DNA of 64,000 nt, taken from Bacteriovoracia bacterium (lineage in GTDB: Bacteria; Bdellovibrionota; UBA1018; JBFWNL01). The position numbers and the translations under genes were made by a program. The stretch covers positions 747,825 through 811,824 of the forward strand of contig JBFWNL010000001.1 of NCBI GenBank assembly GCA_050251055.1, given 5' to 3'. The notes below the pieces were generated by a model that was not told the origin of the DNA, made no database searches, and worked only from the letters and a program-made list of their open reading frames with translations. Below are positions 1 through 10,635 of this stretch, piece by piece. The stretch's first letter is position 1. Each line of letters starts with the position of its first letter.

Positions 1-198
1 CTCTTTATATATAAGCCCATGGTTATGGACGTATTTACCGGGATTTTCTTCTACCTCGTTGTCACGCCCCTAGCCCTGCTTATAAAGCTCTTTCGCCGGG
101 ATCCCTTGAAGTTGAAGTTCGACCCGACGGCGGCCAGCTATTGGATCGAGAGGAAGAGCGGAGAACCGAACCCGGAGTCGATGGGTAAGCAGTTCTAA
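1..198 (+). CDS. SxtJ-family membrane protein, 3' part (5' truncated by window edge)
   Basis: Frame 1 reads ...FFYLVVTPLALLIKLFRRDPLKLKFDPTAASYWIERKSGEPNPESMGKQF*, the typical SxtJ C-terminus; ends 2 nt before a carbamoyltransferase gene, its usual neighbour. Not in the ORF track. Confidence 0.8.
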   Translation, partial: LFIYKPMVMDVFTGIFFYLVVTPLALLIKLFRRDPLKLKFDPTAASYWIERKSGEPNPESMGKQF

Positions 199-200
199 CG

Positions 201-2036
201 ATGAAAATTATCGGAATCTCTGCCTTTTATCACGATAGTGCAGCGGCCCTGATCAAGGACGGCGAGATCATCGCGGCCGCCCAGGAAGAGCGCTTCACGC
301 GCAAGAAACACGACGCGGGTTTCCCAAGCCACGCCCTCGAGTATTGCCTTGCCGAAGGCAAGCTACGACTGGAAGAAATCGACTACGTGGCTTTCTACGA
401 CAAACCGCTCCTCAAGTTCGGCCGCCTCTTTCAGACGTACTTGGCCTTCGCGCCTCGCGGTTACGTTTCGTTCCGCAAAGCCATGCCGCTCTGGATGGGC
501 GAGAAGGTCTTTCAGAAGAAGATGATCCAGGACGAGTTCGCGCGCCGGGCGCCTAAGCTGGACGTCGAAAAGAAACTCCTGTTTTCCGAGCATCACCTCA
601 GCCACGCCGCGAGCGCCTATTACCCGTCTCCCTTCGACGACGCAATCATCCTAACGATGGACGGCGTGGGGGAATGGGCCACGACCTCGTTAGGCCGCGG
701 CACCGGAAATAAGATCGAGATCTCCAAGGAGATCCATTTCCCACATTCACTGGGCCTGCTCTATTCGGCGTTCACTTATTACACCGGCTTCAAAGTGAAC
801 TCTGGCGAGTACAAAGTCATGGGGCTCGCGCCTTACGGCGAGCCTAAGTACGCTCAGAAGATCTTCGATCACCTGATGGATCTGAAGTCGGACGGCTCGT
901 TCCGGTTGAACCAGGAGTATTTCGACTATTGCACCGGCCTACGCATGACGAACGAAAAGTTCGAACAACTCTTCGGCTTGCCCACCCGTAAGTCGGAAGA
1001 CCGGCTGAACCAGGAACACATGGATCTAGCGGCCTCCGTTCAACACGTGACGGAAGAAGTGGTCTTGCGCCTCACCCGCACGGCGGCCAAGGAAACCGGC
1101 GTCGCGAACCTGTGCTTGGCCGGCGGCGTGGCGCTGAACTGCGTGGCCAACGGAAAAGTCCTGCGCGACGGAAAGTTCAAAAATGTTTGGATTCAACCCG
1201 CGGCCGGTGACGCCGGCGGAGCGCTGGGTGCCGCGCTCGCCGCCCATCACCTGTACTTGAAACAGCCCCGCAAGAGCGATGGCCCCCTGGACCGGATGCG
1301 CGGATCTTACCTCGGACCGGAGTTCGCTCAAGCCGATATCGAACGGCGACTCAAAGAAGTGGGCGCGAAGTTCAAGGTCCTGAATGAATCGGAAATCATC
1401 GAAGCCTCGGCCCAGGCTTTGGCGGATGAAAAAGCCATCGGTTGGTTCCAAGGACGCATGGAGTTCGGCCCGCGCGCGCTGGGCGGACGCTCGATCATCG
1501 CGGATGCCCGCTCGCCGAAGATGCAATCGGTCTTGAACCTGAAAGTGAAATACCGCGAGTCGTTCCGCCCGTTCGCGCCGTCCGTCTTGCGCGAAGACGT
1601 GGCCGATTGGTTCGAGATGGATTGCGACAGCCCGTACATGCTGCTCGTCGCCGACGTGAAAAAAGCGCGCCGCCGGGCCATGACGGAGGCGGAGCAGAAG
1701 CTCTTCGGCATAGCCAAGCTCAACGTGCCCCGCTCCGATGTTCCGGCCGTGACCCACGTGGACTATTCGGCGCGCGTGCAGACGGTGCACAAACAGACGA
1801 ATGGCCGTTACCACGCCCTGATTTCATCGTTTAAAAAGAAAACGGGCTGCCCGGTGATCGTGAACACGAGCTTCAACGTTCGCGGCGAACCCATCGTTTG
1901 CACCCCGGAGGACGCCTTCCGCTGCTTCATGGGCAGCGAAATCGATACCCTCGTGGTGGGCAACTGCTTCCTTTCGAAAGAAGACCAAGACCCCGCATTG
2001 AAGTTGAACTACAAGGACGCCTTCGAGCTCGATTAG
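201..2036 (+). CDS. Carbamoyltransferase, NodU/CmcH/SxtI family
   Basis: GISAFYHDSAAAL, EERFTRKKHD, EHHLSHAASA, DGVGE, GEYKVMGLAPYG, AGGVALNCVANG, EFGPRALGGRS, NTSFNVRGEPIV motifs. Confidence 0.95.
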   Translation: MKIIGISAFYHDSAAALIKDGEIIAAAQEERFTRKKHDAGFPSHALEYCLAEGKLRLEEIDYVAFYDKPLLKFGRLFQTYLAFAPRGYVSFRKAMPLWMGEKVFQKKMIQDEFARRAPKLDVEKKLLFSEHHLSHAASAYYPSPFDDAIILTMDGVGEWATTSLGRGTGNKIEISKEIHFPHSLGLLYSAFTYYTGFKVNSGEYKVMGLAPYGEPKYAQKIFDHLMDLKSDGSFRLNQEYFDYCTGLRMTNEKFEQLFGLPTRKSEDRLNQEHMDLAASVQHVTEEVVLRLTRTAAKETGVANLCLAGGVALNCVANGKVLRDGKFKNVWIQPAAGDAGGALGAALAAHHLYLKQPRKSDGPLDRMRGSYLGPEFAQADIERRLKEVGAKFKVLNESEIIEASAQALADEKAIGWFQGRMEFGPRALGGRSIIADARSPKMQSVLNLKVKYRESFRPFAPSVLREDVADWFEMDCDSPYMLLVADVKKARRRAMTEAEQKLFGIAKLNVPRSDVPAVTHVDYSARVQTVHKQTNGRYHALISSFKKKTGCPVIVNTSFNVRGEPIVCTPEDAFRCFMGSEIDTLVVGNCFLSKEDQDPALKLNYKDAFELD

Positions 2037-2057
2037 TCCTGAATTGGGAGAGTATGC

Positions 2058-3050
2058 ATGCTTGGAATGAATGAAACGCGAAATATCCTGATCGTAGGTA
2101 ACGGCCCGATGGCCCAGGAGTATGCGAAGGTATTCCGGGACGGCCTGAAATACACGTTCGATGTCGCGGGCCGCAACCGCGAAAACGTCCAGAAGTTCGC
2201 GAAAGCGGAGCGCGCCGGCCAAGCCTTCCTCATCGAAGAGCTTTCGCCGCAAATTCTCGCCAAGTACGATTTCGCGGTTTCCACCACGTCCCCGGACAGC
2301 CTCGAATACGTGACCGAGAAGCTGATCAAAAACGGGATTAAAGCGATCCTGGTGGAAAAACCGGCCGCCCTGAGCCCGGCCGGCTCGGCCAGCTTGGCCC
2401 GGATGATGAAGGAAAAGTTCGTATTCGCGCGCGTGGCCTACAACCGCCGCTACTACCGTTCGGTACAGAAGCTGAAGCATATTTTGCGCGAAGAAACCCC
2501 GATGTGCGCGCACTTCGACTTCACGGAGCTGTCCCGCCAGATCAAAGTGGGGCGTACGCAGGCAACCACCGAGCGCTGGGCGATCGCGAACTCCTGCCAC
2601 ATCATCGACACCGTGACTTTCCTGCTGGGTCAGTTCCAGATCGAGCATCTCCACGTCTCCGGTCAGAACGAGCTCGACTGGCATCCGGCCAGCTCGAATT
2701 TCGTCGGGTCCGGAAAATGCGGCACAACCCCGGTCTCTTACTCAACGAGCTGGCTCTGCCCGGGCCGCTGGAGCATCGAAATCATGACCAAGCAAGGCCG
2801 CTACAAGCTTTCGCCCATCGAGCGCCTACAGGTCATGCGCCACGATTCGTTCGAGTGGAAGGAAGTCGACGCCGGCTACGACATCGACATTCAATACAAG
2901 CCGGGCCTGATGGAAGTCGTCCGGTCGTTCGATCAGGCGCGACTGAAAAACGACCCCACGGGCGGTTCCGAAGTCTGTGAGCTTCCAGACCTCTCGCAGA
3001 ACGCGAAAATCGCGGAACTCGTCTCGAAGATCGTGGGCTACCCAGTATGA
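2058..3050 (+). CDS. Gfo/Idh/MocA-family NAD(P)-dependent oxidoreductase
   Basis: Rossmann ILIVGNGPMA, LVEKP motif, AYNRRYY. Confidence 0.8.
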   Translation: MLGMNETRNILIVGNGPMAQEYAKVFRDGLKYTFDVAGRNRENVQKFAKAERAGQAFLIEELSPQILAKYDFAVSTTSPDSLEYVTEKLIKNGIKAILVEKPAALSPAGSASLARMMKEKFVFARVAYNRRYYRSVQKLKHILREETPMCAHFDFTELSRQIKVGRTQATTERWAIANSCHIIDTVTFLLGQFQIEHLHVSGQNELDWHPASSNFVGSGKCGTTPVSYSTSWLCPGRWSIEIMTKQGRYKLSPIERLQVMRHDSFEWKEVDAGYDIDIQYKPGLMEVVRSFDQARLKNDPTGGSEVCELPDLSQNAKIAELVSKIVGYPV

Positions 3051-4027
3051 AGACCGTCGCCATCATCGGCTGCGGGAACATCGGTTATCGGCACTTTCAG
3101 GCGACCTGCAACACCCCCGCCGTCGGCCAAGTCGTCGTGGTGGAACCCGATCAAGCCCGGCTGGAGACGGCGGTCAAGGACGTGGAGAAGCACTCGCCCT
3201 CCCTTCGCATCTCGGCTTTCCCGTCGATCGAAAAAGCGGTCGCGGAAGTGAAAGCGGTGGACTGCGTGATCAGCGCGCTCACCACCGACATCCAGACGCG
3301 GCTCATGCCCCAAATCCTCGCCTTTGATTGCCGGCATTACCTGTTTGAGAAGCCATTCGCGCAGAGCAAGGCCTTGATGAACGAACTCTGTGGACAGGTC
3401 GCCAAGAAAACTGAGCTCTCGAACGCCTACGTGAATTGCTCTCGGAACCTCTGGGACGGCTATCAGCGCATACGGAACTGGATCGGGACCGACCGGTCCA
3501 GAACCTCATTTCACATGGACGTCATCGGGAACCTTTGGGGACTCGGCTGCAATACCGTGCACTTCCTGGAATACTTTCGGTACATGACGGGCGCGCAGAC
3601 CTTGAAGTCGGTTTCCACGCAACTCCTGAGTTCCCCTTACGGGAACAAGCGGGGCGCTCAGTACGAAGAGTTCGTCGGCACCGCCGCCTTCGCGAACGAG
3701 CTCGGGGACACGATTCAGATCACTTCGGGCGCGGCGATCGATAAACCCACCGGGATCTTCGTCACCTTCAAGGAGAAGGCGAACGACCTGCTACGCTTCG
3801 CGCTCGACGAAGACAAGGGCATGCTGTTCGACTTCACGGAAGGCAAGCGCACCGCTTTCGATCCGCTCTACGTAAGCAAGAGCACACGGCTCTTCCTGGA
3901 GAAACTCTTTCAGAATCCGTCCACGGCGATGGCGATTCCGAACTTGAACCAGGCGAAGCTCGTGCACTTCGCCTTCTTCGATGCGCTACACGCGGCGACC
4001 AAACGTGATCACTTCGCGATCACCTGA
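3047..4027 (+). CDS. Gfo/Idh/MocA-family oxidoreductase (second copy)
   Basis: AIIGCGNIGYRH, FEKP, WGLGCNTVHF; start overlaps the previous stop. Confidence 0.8.
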   Translation: MKTVAIIGCGNIGYRHFQATCNTPAVGQVVVVEPDQARLETAVKDVEKHSPSLRISAFPSIEKAVAEVKAVDCVISALTTDIQTRLMPQILAFDCRHYLFEKPFAQSKALMNELCGQVAKKTELSNAYVNCSRNLWDGYQRIRNWIGTDRSRTSFHMDVIGNLWGLGCNTVHFLEYFRYMTGAQTLKSVSTQLLSSPYGNKRGAQYEEFVGTAAFANELGDTIQITSGAAIDKPTGIFVTFKEKANDLLRFALDEDKGMLFDFTEGKRTAFDPLYVSKSTRLFLEKLFQNPSTAMAIPNLNQAKLVHFAFFDALHAATKRDHFAIT

Positions 4028-4039
4028 GTGAGGCCTAGG

Positions 4040-4891
4040 ATGTCCGGTTACCAATGCCGCTTCTGTGAATCCAACCTGCAACTCACCGGCGACTTTTGCG
4101 GAGATCGACCCGAGATCGCCATCGGGAAGTGCGCGGCCTGCGGGCTCGTGCAAACGGTGACCGATACGCACATCTCCGTGCAGGACTACGCTTCGGACAC
4201 CCATTTCCCGCCGGATATGACCGCGATCCGCGGGCGCGAACTGCGATGGAATCAAAAGCGCGTGAAGCTATTGAAACAGCACCTGCCCGGGATTGAATCG
4301 CGAAAGATTCTCGACTTCGGCTGTGGCACCGGGGGATTCCTGGAGCAGGCGGAGCAGGCTCGCTTTAACGTGATTGGGTTCGACGTTTCGGCGCGAGTGG
4401 CCCGCGAGCACGGCCAGCGGGGCTGGAAATGCGTGAGCGACTTCGCGGAGATCGATGGCGACGTGGATGTGGTCGCGCTTTTTCACGTTCTGGAACATCT
4501 CCCTATGCCTTGGGAAAATCTGGCCGCCCTAAGGAAATCTTTCCCGAACGCCAAGACGTACGTGCTCGAAGTGCCCAACACGGAAGAGGCGCTTAACTCC
4601 GTGTTCGGGAACGCGGCTTACCGTCGGAATCATTTCTGCCACGACCACCTTTACTATTTTTCGGAAAAGACCTTCAAGGCGACGATCGAACGGGCCGGCT
4701 TGCGCATCCAGTTCTTCACCCAAACCCAACGCTACACTCTCGCCAACAACTTGGGTTGGCTGGCCAATAACAAGGGCGGGGCCCAGAACGTTTGGACGAT
4801 GTTCAATGGTGACGCGCTAAACGACGCGTACGAGAAGGTCTTGGCCGAACATGGGGTGGGCGACTCGCTTTTCGCGATCTGCTCCGTCTAG
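4040..4891 (+). CDS. Class I SAM-dependent methyltransferase with N-terminal CxxC...CxxC
   Basis: ILDFGCGTGGFL, FHVLEHL, LEVPN, HLYYFS; ATG 4040 after GAGG preferred over GTG 4028. Confidence 0.88.
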   Translation: MSGYQCRFCESNLQLTGDFCGDRPEIAIGKCAACGLVQTVTDTHISVQDYASDTHFPPDMTAIRGRELRWNQKRVKLLKQHLPGIESRKILDFGCGTGGFLEQAEQARFNVIGFDVSARVAREHGQRGWKCVSDFAEIDGDVDVVALFHVLEHLPMPWENLAALRKSFPNAKTYVLEVPNTEEALNSVFGNAAYRRNHFCHDHLYYFSEKTFKATIERAGLRIQFFTQTQRYTLANNLGWLANNKGGAQNVWTMFNGDALNDAYEKVLAEHGVGDSLFAICSV

Positions 4892-6000
4892 TTTTTCCGT
4901 CGATAATTCTCGAAAAGCGCGTCCCCGAAATTCTCCGCAAGCCGCTTCATCCCGGCGGGTGAGAAGTGGATTGAATCGACGAAATATTCCTTGTCCATCG
5001 TGAAGGACCGCGCCTGGTCCACGAAATCCACGCCCAATTCTTCAGCGATCTCCTGCCGATGCCGGTTCTGGATGCGAACGCCTTCACCGAACTTATCGGC
5101 GACCGGATTTTTCTGGTAATTATAGTGGACGAACGATCCAATCAGCACTTCGATTCCGTAATGCCGGGCCAGCACGACGATGTGCTTCAAGATGTCCTTC
5201 TCGACGCCTAGATCCTGGAACTCGCGATCGTAGTCGGGTTCGGTGGCCGTGATCATACGCAGGACGTCGTTGCGCACGTTTCCGGTACCAAAAATCCGAT
5301 CCTTCGTGCTCTCGTACGCGTGTAAAAAAGGGATCTTCGGCAAACGGGCGCTCAATCGGATTTTGGCCAGGACTTCCCCCAGGTTTTTCCGACTGTGGGA
5401 ATAATCCGTGTGAAAGGACGGCGTAAGATACAGATGGAGATCATTGAAGCCATGGTAAAGCACGATGTAGTCCGGCTTGAGCGGCAGGACGTTCAAAGTG
5501 AAGTTAATAAAAATATCCGGACTGGTCCAGCCGCCGATCCCGCAATTGAGGACCTCTATTTCGCGGTCAATCCCCGCCGCTTTGAACTTGGCCTGGAGAT
5601 GCGCCTCTAGGAGCGCAGGGTACGTGTAGTCGCGTTCGTCGTCTGCGATATTGTTGGCGGTCGTGGATGCCCCAATGCAGGCAACGCGCAACGTACGGGG
5701 ATCTTTCTGGGGCGAAAAATCCTTTCCGAAGTGGCCTAGATTGTTCAGACGCAGGGGTTGCTTGAAGGAGCTGAACCGATGGTAATGAAGCTCGTAAGGT
5801 AGCTTCTGATTACGATCGATGACGGTGTTTCGCTTATACGCGAAGCTCAAATAAGGGTGGCTGACCACGTACATCTTCTTCCACGGCAGCTTGAACGAGA
5901 CGTGGTAGTCGTGACCGTGTTTGCGTCGATAATTAAGTCGAAAGATGATTTCGATGAGGACAATGGCGACCAATCCGGCCGCTAGGAAAGAAAGCATCAC
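4888..6000 (-). CDS. SGNH/GDSL hydrolase family protein with N-terminal membrane anchor
   Basis: Blocks GASTT, NCGIGGWTS, HGFNDL, DSIHFS. Confidence 0.85.
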   Translation of the reverse strand: MMLSFLAAGLVAIVLIEIIFRLNYRRKHGHDYHVSFKLPWKKMYVVSHPYLSFAYKRNTVIDRNQKLPYELHYHRFSSFKQPLRLNNLGHFGKDFSPQKDPRTLRVACIGASTTANNIADDERDYTYPALLEAHLQAKFKAAGIDREIEVLNCGIGGWTSPDIFINFTLNVLPLKPDYIVLYHGFNDLHLYLTPSFHTDYSHSRKNLGEVLAKIRLSARLPKIPFLHAYESTKDRIFGTGNVRNDVLRMITATEPDYDREFQDLGVEKDILKHIVVLARHYGIEVLIGSFVHYNYQKNPVADKFGEGVRIQNRHRQEIAEELGVDFVDQARSFTMDKEYFVDSIHFSPAGMKRLAENFGDALFENYRRKN

Positions 6001-6003
6001 CCA

Positions 6004-6120
6004 TTACCACATGGGATAGATGGTTTCTTTAGGGAGCTTGCCGTCTTTTTTCTGGGCCTTGCGCGGTCCCCAAAACTTCAGCGCCGAAACCAAGCGCAAT
6101 ATCAGATCTAAAAGCTTCAT
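6004..6120 (-). CDS. Small basic 38-aa protein ending ETIYPMW
   Basis: ATG at 6120 lies just after the upstream gene's stop (6146); MKLLDLILRLVSALKFWGPRKAQKKDGKLPKETIYPMW fills the gap between co-oriented genes. Confidence 0.55.
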   Translation of the reverse strand: MKLLDLILRLVSALKFWGPRKAQKKDGKLPKETIYPMW

Positions 6121-6145
6121 GCGCCCGACTATAATCCAAAAAGCT

Positions 6146-8059
6146 TTAGATTTCTTCTCTTTTTGTGGGGCCTTTTCCCCTGGAATGCAGGGCTTCATCG
6201 ATGGCCTGGGCGATCCGTCGGGCGCTTTGTCCATCTAACGCATGCCGGGCCTTAATGATGGCTGCCCGCTGCTTTTCGATCATTTGTTTCCGGAAAGCTT
6301 CGTCGCCGATCAGGGAGGTCAATCCCTTCTCCAACTCGTCGTAGGTATGGACGTTCAAAATGGCACCGTGGAAGAACTCGGCCGCCTTCTCATGAGGCTC
6401 GTTGGACGAAACAATGACTTTATCTTTGCCGAACAGGACCGCTTCGAAAGTGACGGAAGAAAACCGGTCGACGATGCAGGCATCCGCGTAGTTCAGGATA
6501 TGGGGCGTCGTTTTGGAGCCACCCAAGACCTTGAATTGAACTTCCGGCCCGATCTCACGCACAAGATTTTCAATGAACGCCACGTTCGTTTCGTTGGGAT
6601 GAAGTTTTACGATAATGAACGCATCGAGCTTCCGCGCGAGCCGGCAGAGCTGGGTCAAAAATTCGCGGTGCTCATTGCGGTCGGGCCCTTCGCGATCGGT
6701 CAGAAAGCCAGCGATGACGAACTTCCGGGTAGGCCGGGAGATTCCCAACGCCGCGGCGGAATCCTGCCGGGAGTGGGACGCCTTGAACTGGGTGATCTTG
6801 TCGAAGCGGGCCATGCCGGTGATGATCATTTTTTTCGGGTCCACGCCGGAGAGGGCCCAACGATCCCGAACGGCCTCGCCGTTCATCAAAAAGAGATCCA
6901 CTTTGGAATAACTGGCAAAAGCAAAGTACCGCACGTCGGCGTGATGAAACTGCACCATCAAGGGCCTTTCAATAGCGACCTCCTGGTGAAAGAGACAATT
7001 CAGCTCATTCCCCTCGGTTCCGGCCTTAATGGCTACGGGCCGATACTTTTTCAGGAGTTTCTGGATCGCGTACCACCGGGTGAGCCGGCGGAAGCAAGTC
7101 CAGGAAAAGAGGAGATCCAGTTGGGGATCGATCAGGGGAATGATTCCCGCGCCCTGCGCTCGCAGCTTGCCTTGCGCCTCTCGGTAATACGCAGGCTTCA
7201 ATTTCCACCAGTTCCGATAGGTTCGCAGCGTTAAGGAAAGCGCTTGGGCGATATCCGCGAGGGATACATGGTAATCAATGCTTTCTATCGGGTGAGGGGC
7301 TTTCGCCATTTCCCGGTAGTTCTCGTCGATGCCCAGGCACACCCCGACGGGGAGATAACCCAGGCTGGCCACCTCGTTCATAACCGGAAGCAAGGTCTCC
7401 GAGAAGACATCCGTTCGCGAATCCGTCACAAAGAAGAGCGCCGGCTTTTCCGAAGGCAGGGTCCGAACCGGAACGCTTTTCAATCGAAGCGCATCCACGG
7501 TTCTTCTCGCGGCGGACCGGAACAGTCGCGACCGCGGATACTGAAACCGGGTTTGCGTCGTACTCCCCTGAAAGAAAGTCTCAAAAGCCTGCTCGGCCAC
7601 GTTTCGTTCCCCACTACGGATCAGGGTCGCGATCCTTGAACCTCCGGGGACCGTAAGAGAGCCGAAGAACCGGTAGTATCGGACCGCGTCGTAAATCATA
7701 TCGGTCAGTTCAGATGGATACGGCTCCACAAACAACGCGTTCCTTAGCGCCGGATCTTGCCCCGCAGCCAGTCTACGGCAAAGCTGGCTTAGCTCGTCCA
7801 TGATCGCCTTGGTTCCTTGAACTTCCGGCGAATCTTGGGAAGGGTATTCGTCGGCGAAGGCCAGGGGCGCGGCGACCGAATTTTCCAGAATGAAGATTTG
7901 ACCAAAGAGCTGACGAATCTCATCCGAGAGGGGTAGGCTCTTCCGCACGATCAATTCAGATTTTTGCCCTAGAGAGTGGGGGTTGGCTTGGATGAACTTC
8001 CGAATCGGGCCGGGGGATGCGCCAAAATAGGCGAAGAGCTGGGTGGCGCCAGAATCCAT
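6146..8059 (-). CDS. GT-B fold protein (CDP-glycerol glycerophosphotransferase / capsule polysaccharide biosynthesis-like)
   Basis: ITGMARFDK, IVKLHPNE, SSVTFEAVLFGK, DGQSARRIA C-terminal GT-B motifs. Confidence 0.65.
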   Translation of the reverse strand: MDSGATQLFAYFGASPGPIRKFIQANPHSLGQKSELIVRKSLPLSDEIRQLFGQIFILENSVAAPLAFADEYPSQDSPEVQGTKAIMDELSQLCRRLAAGQDPALRNALFVEPYPSELTDMIYDAVRYYRFFGSLTVPGGSRIATLIRSGERNVAEQAFETFFQGSTTQTRFQYPRSRLFRSAARRTVDALRLKSVPVRTLPSEKPALFFVTDSRTDVFSETLLPVMNEVASLGYLPVGVCLGIDENYREMAKAPHPIESIDYHVSLADIAQALSLTLRTYRNWWKLKPAYYREAQGKLRAQGAGIIPLIDPQLDLLFSWTCFRRLTRWYAIQKLLKKYRPVAIKAGTEGNELNCLFHQEVAIERPLMVQFHHADVRYFAFASYSKVDLFLMNGEAVRDRWALSGVDPKKMIITGMARFDKITQFKASHSRQDSAAALGISRPTRKFVIAGFLTDREGPDRNEHREFLTQLCRLARKLDAFIIVKLHPNETNVAFIENLVREIGPEVQFKVLGGSKTTPHILNYADACIVDRFSSVTFEAVLFGKDKVIVSSNEPHEKAAEFFHGAILNVHTYDELEKGLTSLIGDEAFRKQMIEKQRAAIIKARHALDGQSARRIAQAIDEALHSRGKGPTKREEI

Positions 8060-8181
8060 TTCCAATCAATAACATCAAATACTTAGTGCGTCATTTCTGA
8101 AGTTCGAGAGCCGCCTTCACTTTTAAGCCAGGACTACCGAACCAATTGAAATTGTAAGCAAAAGATGCGACTAACTTATCC

Positions 8182-9132
8182 ATGACGACATCGCTGCATA
8201 AGGATGCCCCTGTCTTCGTGGCCGGACATCGAGGCCTGGTCGGATCTGCCGTAGTCCGTCGCCTGCAAGCGGCCGGCTATTCAAATCTCTTACTTAGATC
8301 CCGCGCCGAACTCGACCTTTTAGACCAGGCGGCGGTGCATGCGTTCTTCAAAGAACAGCGCCCCACCTACGTCGTGCTCGCAGCCGCAAAAGTGGGCGGC
8401 ATCCACGCGAACAATACTTTTCCCGCCGACTTCCTCTACGAAAATCTCGTCACGGCCGGTAACGTAATCCACGCCGCCGCCGAAGCGGGCACCGAGAAAC
8501 TCCTTTTCTTGGGTAGCTCCTGCATCTACCCGAAGCTCGCGACGCAGCCTCTGCGCGAAGACAGCTTGCTCACCGGCCCGCTGGAGCCAACCAACGAAGG
8601 CTACGCGCTTGCCAAAATCGTGGGTCTCAAGCTCTGCCAGATGTACCAGCGGCAATACAAAAAGCGTTTTATCTCTTGCATGCCGACGAATCTGTACGGA
8701 CCAAACGACAACTTCCACCCGGATCACTCGCACGTCATTCCGGGGATGCTCCGCCGCTTCCACGAAGCGAAGATCCAGAAGCGTCCGGAAGTCGTGATCT
8801 GGGGAACGGGTACGCCGAAGCGTGAATTCCTCTACGTCGACGACTTGGCCGAAGCGATCCAGCTCCTGCTCGAAACCTACGAAGGCACGGATACGATCAA
8901 CGTCGGCACCGGCGAAGACGGCACCATTCGCGAGCTCGCTGAAACCGTCGCGCGCGTCGTGGGTTACGAAGGCAAGATCGTGACCGACCCGTCGAAGCCC
9001 GACGGGACGCCCCGCAAAGTGCTCGATGTTTCTAGAATCAATGGACTGGGCTGGAAAGCGCGCCACGATCTCGCGACCGGCCTACGGCTCACTTACGAAT
9101 GGGCACTCTCCCAAGGCATGTTTCAAACATAA
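8182..9132 (+). CDS. fcl: GDP-L-fucose synthase
   Basis: [50 protein letters not shown]. Confidence 0.96.
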   Translation: MTTSLHKDAPVFVAGHRGLVGSAVVRRLQAAGYSNLLLRSRAELDLLDQAAVHAFFKEQRPTYVVLAAAKVGGIHANNTFPADFLYENLVTAGNVIHAAAEAGTEKLLFLGSSCIYPKLATQPLREDSLLTGPLEPTNEGYALAKIVGLKLCQMYQRQYKKRFISCMPTNLYGPNDNFHPDHSHVIPGMLRRFHEAKIQKRPEVVIWGTGTPKREFLYVDDLAEAIQLLLETYEGTDTINVGTGEDGTIRELAETVARVVGYEGKIVTDPSKPDGTPRKVLDVSRINGLGWKARHDLATGLRLTYEWALSQGMFQT

Positions 9133-9144
9133 GGAGACACAAAA

Positions 9145-10485
9145 TTGAATAGCACCGAAATCGGCTCGATCGTCCTTACCCTAAGCGTACTGATCGCCAG
9201 CGTGCACGTCCTTGGCTACGTTTTCGAAAAATTCCGGCAACCTCGCCTCATCGGTGAAATCGTCGCTGGCATCCTGTTCGGACCTTTCGTGTTGAGCCAC
9301 CTCGCCCCCGGCATTGCGCAGCGGCTTTTCGGCGGTGGCATCCCGGGGCCCAACAAGATCGATATCGTCTTGGGCTTTATGTACTGGATCGGTCTCTTCC
9401 TACTCATGTTCATTTCCGGCAGCGAAACACGCCGCCTGATGGCGCGCGAAAACCATCGGCAGACCGCGTGGCTTTTAGGCGTCGGCACCCCCCTCCCCTT
9501 CTGTTTGGTCTTGGGTCTAGGCGCTTTCCTGCCCCTGGAAACGATCACCGGTACGGCGGGTCAGCAAACTTCCGCTTTGCTGGTGCTGGCCATCGCCGTG
9601 GCCGTGACTTCGATTCCAGTCATTTCCCGCATCTTTTACGACCTAGGCATTCTGCATACGCGCTTCGCGAGCCTCATCTTAGGCTCGGCGGTACTGGAAG
9701 ACATCGCGCTCTGGGGCGTCCTAGCCGTGGCGACCAGCATCGCCGCCACCGCGACGCTCGCGCAAGAGACCGTCGTGAAGGATATCACCGCCCACGTCGG
9801 CGCGGCCTTCCTTTATATGGGAATCGGTTTAACCTTGGCCCCGTGGCTCTTGCGCAAACTACACCCGCAGCGTTTGAACCTACTAGTTAAAGCGTCGCCC
9901 GTGGGTTACGTGTTTTTCATTCTATTCTTGTATGCCGCGCTCGCGGCCCTCATGGACGTGAACCTCGTATTCGCGGCATTCCTGGCTGGGTTCGGCCTGG
10001 TGGGTGGCGTCGGCGGACACGAGCGGAAGCGCTTCTCCGAGCAGTTGGATTCCATCGCAAACGTTGCACGGGCCGTCTTCATCCCGGTTTATTTCTTTAT
10101 CGTGGGTTACAAGCTAGTCTTGGGCAAAGGCTTCTCGCTGCCGATGCTGGCTACCTTCCTGGTGGCCTCATCACTCATCTCGTTGATTTGCACGGGCCTG
10201 GCCGCGCACCTCGCGGGCTTCCGCAAGCTCGACATCGTGAACCTGGCCGTGACGACCAACGCACGCGGTGGTCCCGGGATCGTGCTCGCCAGCGTGGCTT
10301 ACGATGCGGGCATTATCAATGCGCCCTTTTACACGACGCTCGTGTTGAGCGCGGTGCTGACTTCGCAAGCAGCGGGAGTTTGGCTGCGGTATGTGCTGAC
10401 GCGCGGCTGGCCGCTGCTTTCATCGCATCCAGATGAGACTTGGGATGTCACCCATCCGGCGCGGGCGATTGGGCAGAAAGCATAG
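9145..10485 (+). CDS. Cation:proton antiporter (CPA2 / Na_H_Exchanger family)
   Basis: QPRLIGEIVAGILFGP, AVTSIPVISRI, NARG motifs; about 12 hydrophobic segments; AGGAG RBS. Confidence 0.88.
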   Translation: MNSTEIGSIVLTLSVLIASVHVLGYVFEKFRQPRLIGEIVAGILFGPFVLSHLAPGIAQRLFGGGIPGPNKIDIVLGFMYWIGLFLLMFISGSETRRLMARENHRQTAWLLGVGTPLPFCLVLGLGAFLPLETITGTAGQQTSALLVLAIAVAVTSIPVISRIFYDLGILHTRFASLILGSAVLEDIALWGVLAVATSIAATATLAQETVVKDITAHVGAAFLYMGIGLTLAPWLLRKLHPQRLNLLVKASPVGYVFFILFLYAALAALMDVNLVFAAFLAGFGLVGGVGGHERKRFSEQLDSIANVARAVFIPVYFFIVGYKLVLGKGFSLPMLATFLVASSLISLICTGLAAHLAGFRKLDIVNLAVTTNARGGPGIVLASVAYDAGIINAPFYTTLVLSAVLTSQAAGVWLRYVLTRGWPLLSSHPDETWDVTHPARAIGQKA

Positions 10486-10635
10486 ATAGGTGAGCCGCTG
10501 GCTTTTTATAAAAAAGGTCGACGGCTTCCCAAAGCCCCTTGATTCAATGAGCACTTACAGACTGGTAGGCATGACAACTCGTGGTCTTCAAACCGTCCAC
10601 GCTTCCGAAAACAGCCTTTGTTTTTAGATTGATTC

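Noticed and set aside
1-2036. Saxitoxin biosynthesis (sxtI/sxtJ homologues)
   Set aside because: No sxtA or other core genes in the window; the context is surface-glycan modification, where these homologues are common.
4025-4042. In-frame TGA-GTG junction suggesting readthrough or selenocysteine fusion
   Set aside because: The downstream gene has its own GAGG + ATG at 4040; both proteins are complete, and no SECIS-like hairpin was evident.
6242-7234. Long alternative ORFs (e.g. 6242-7234, 1824-2684, 35444-36283, 38689-39468, 42958-43662)
   Set aside because: Shadow frames of well-supported genes in GC-rich DNA, with no motifs or RBS.
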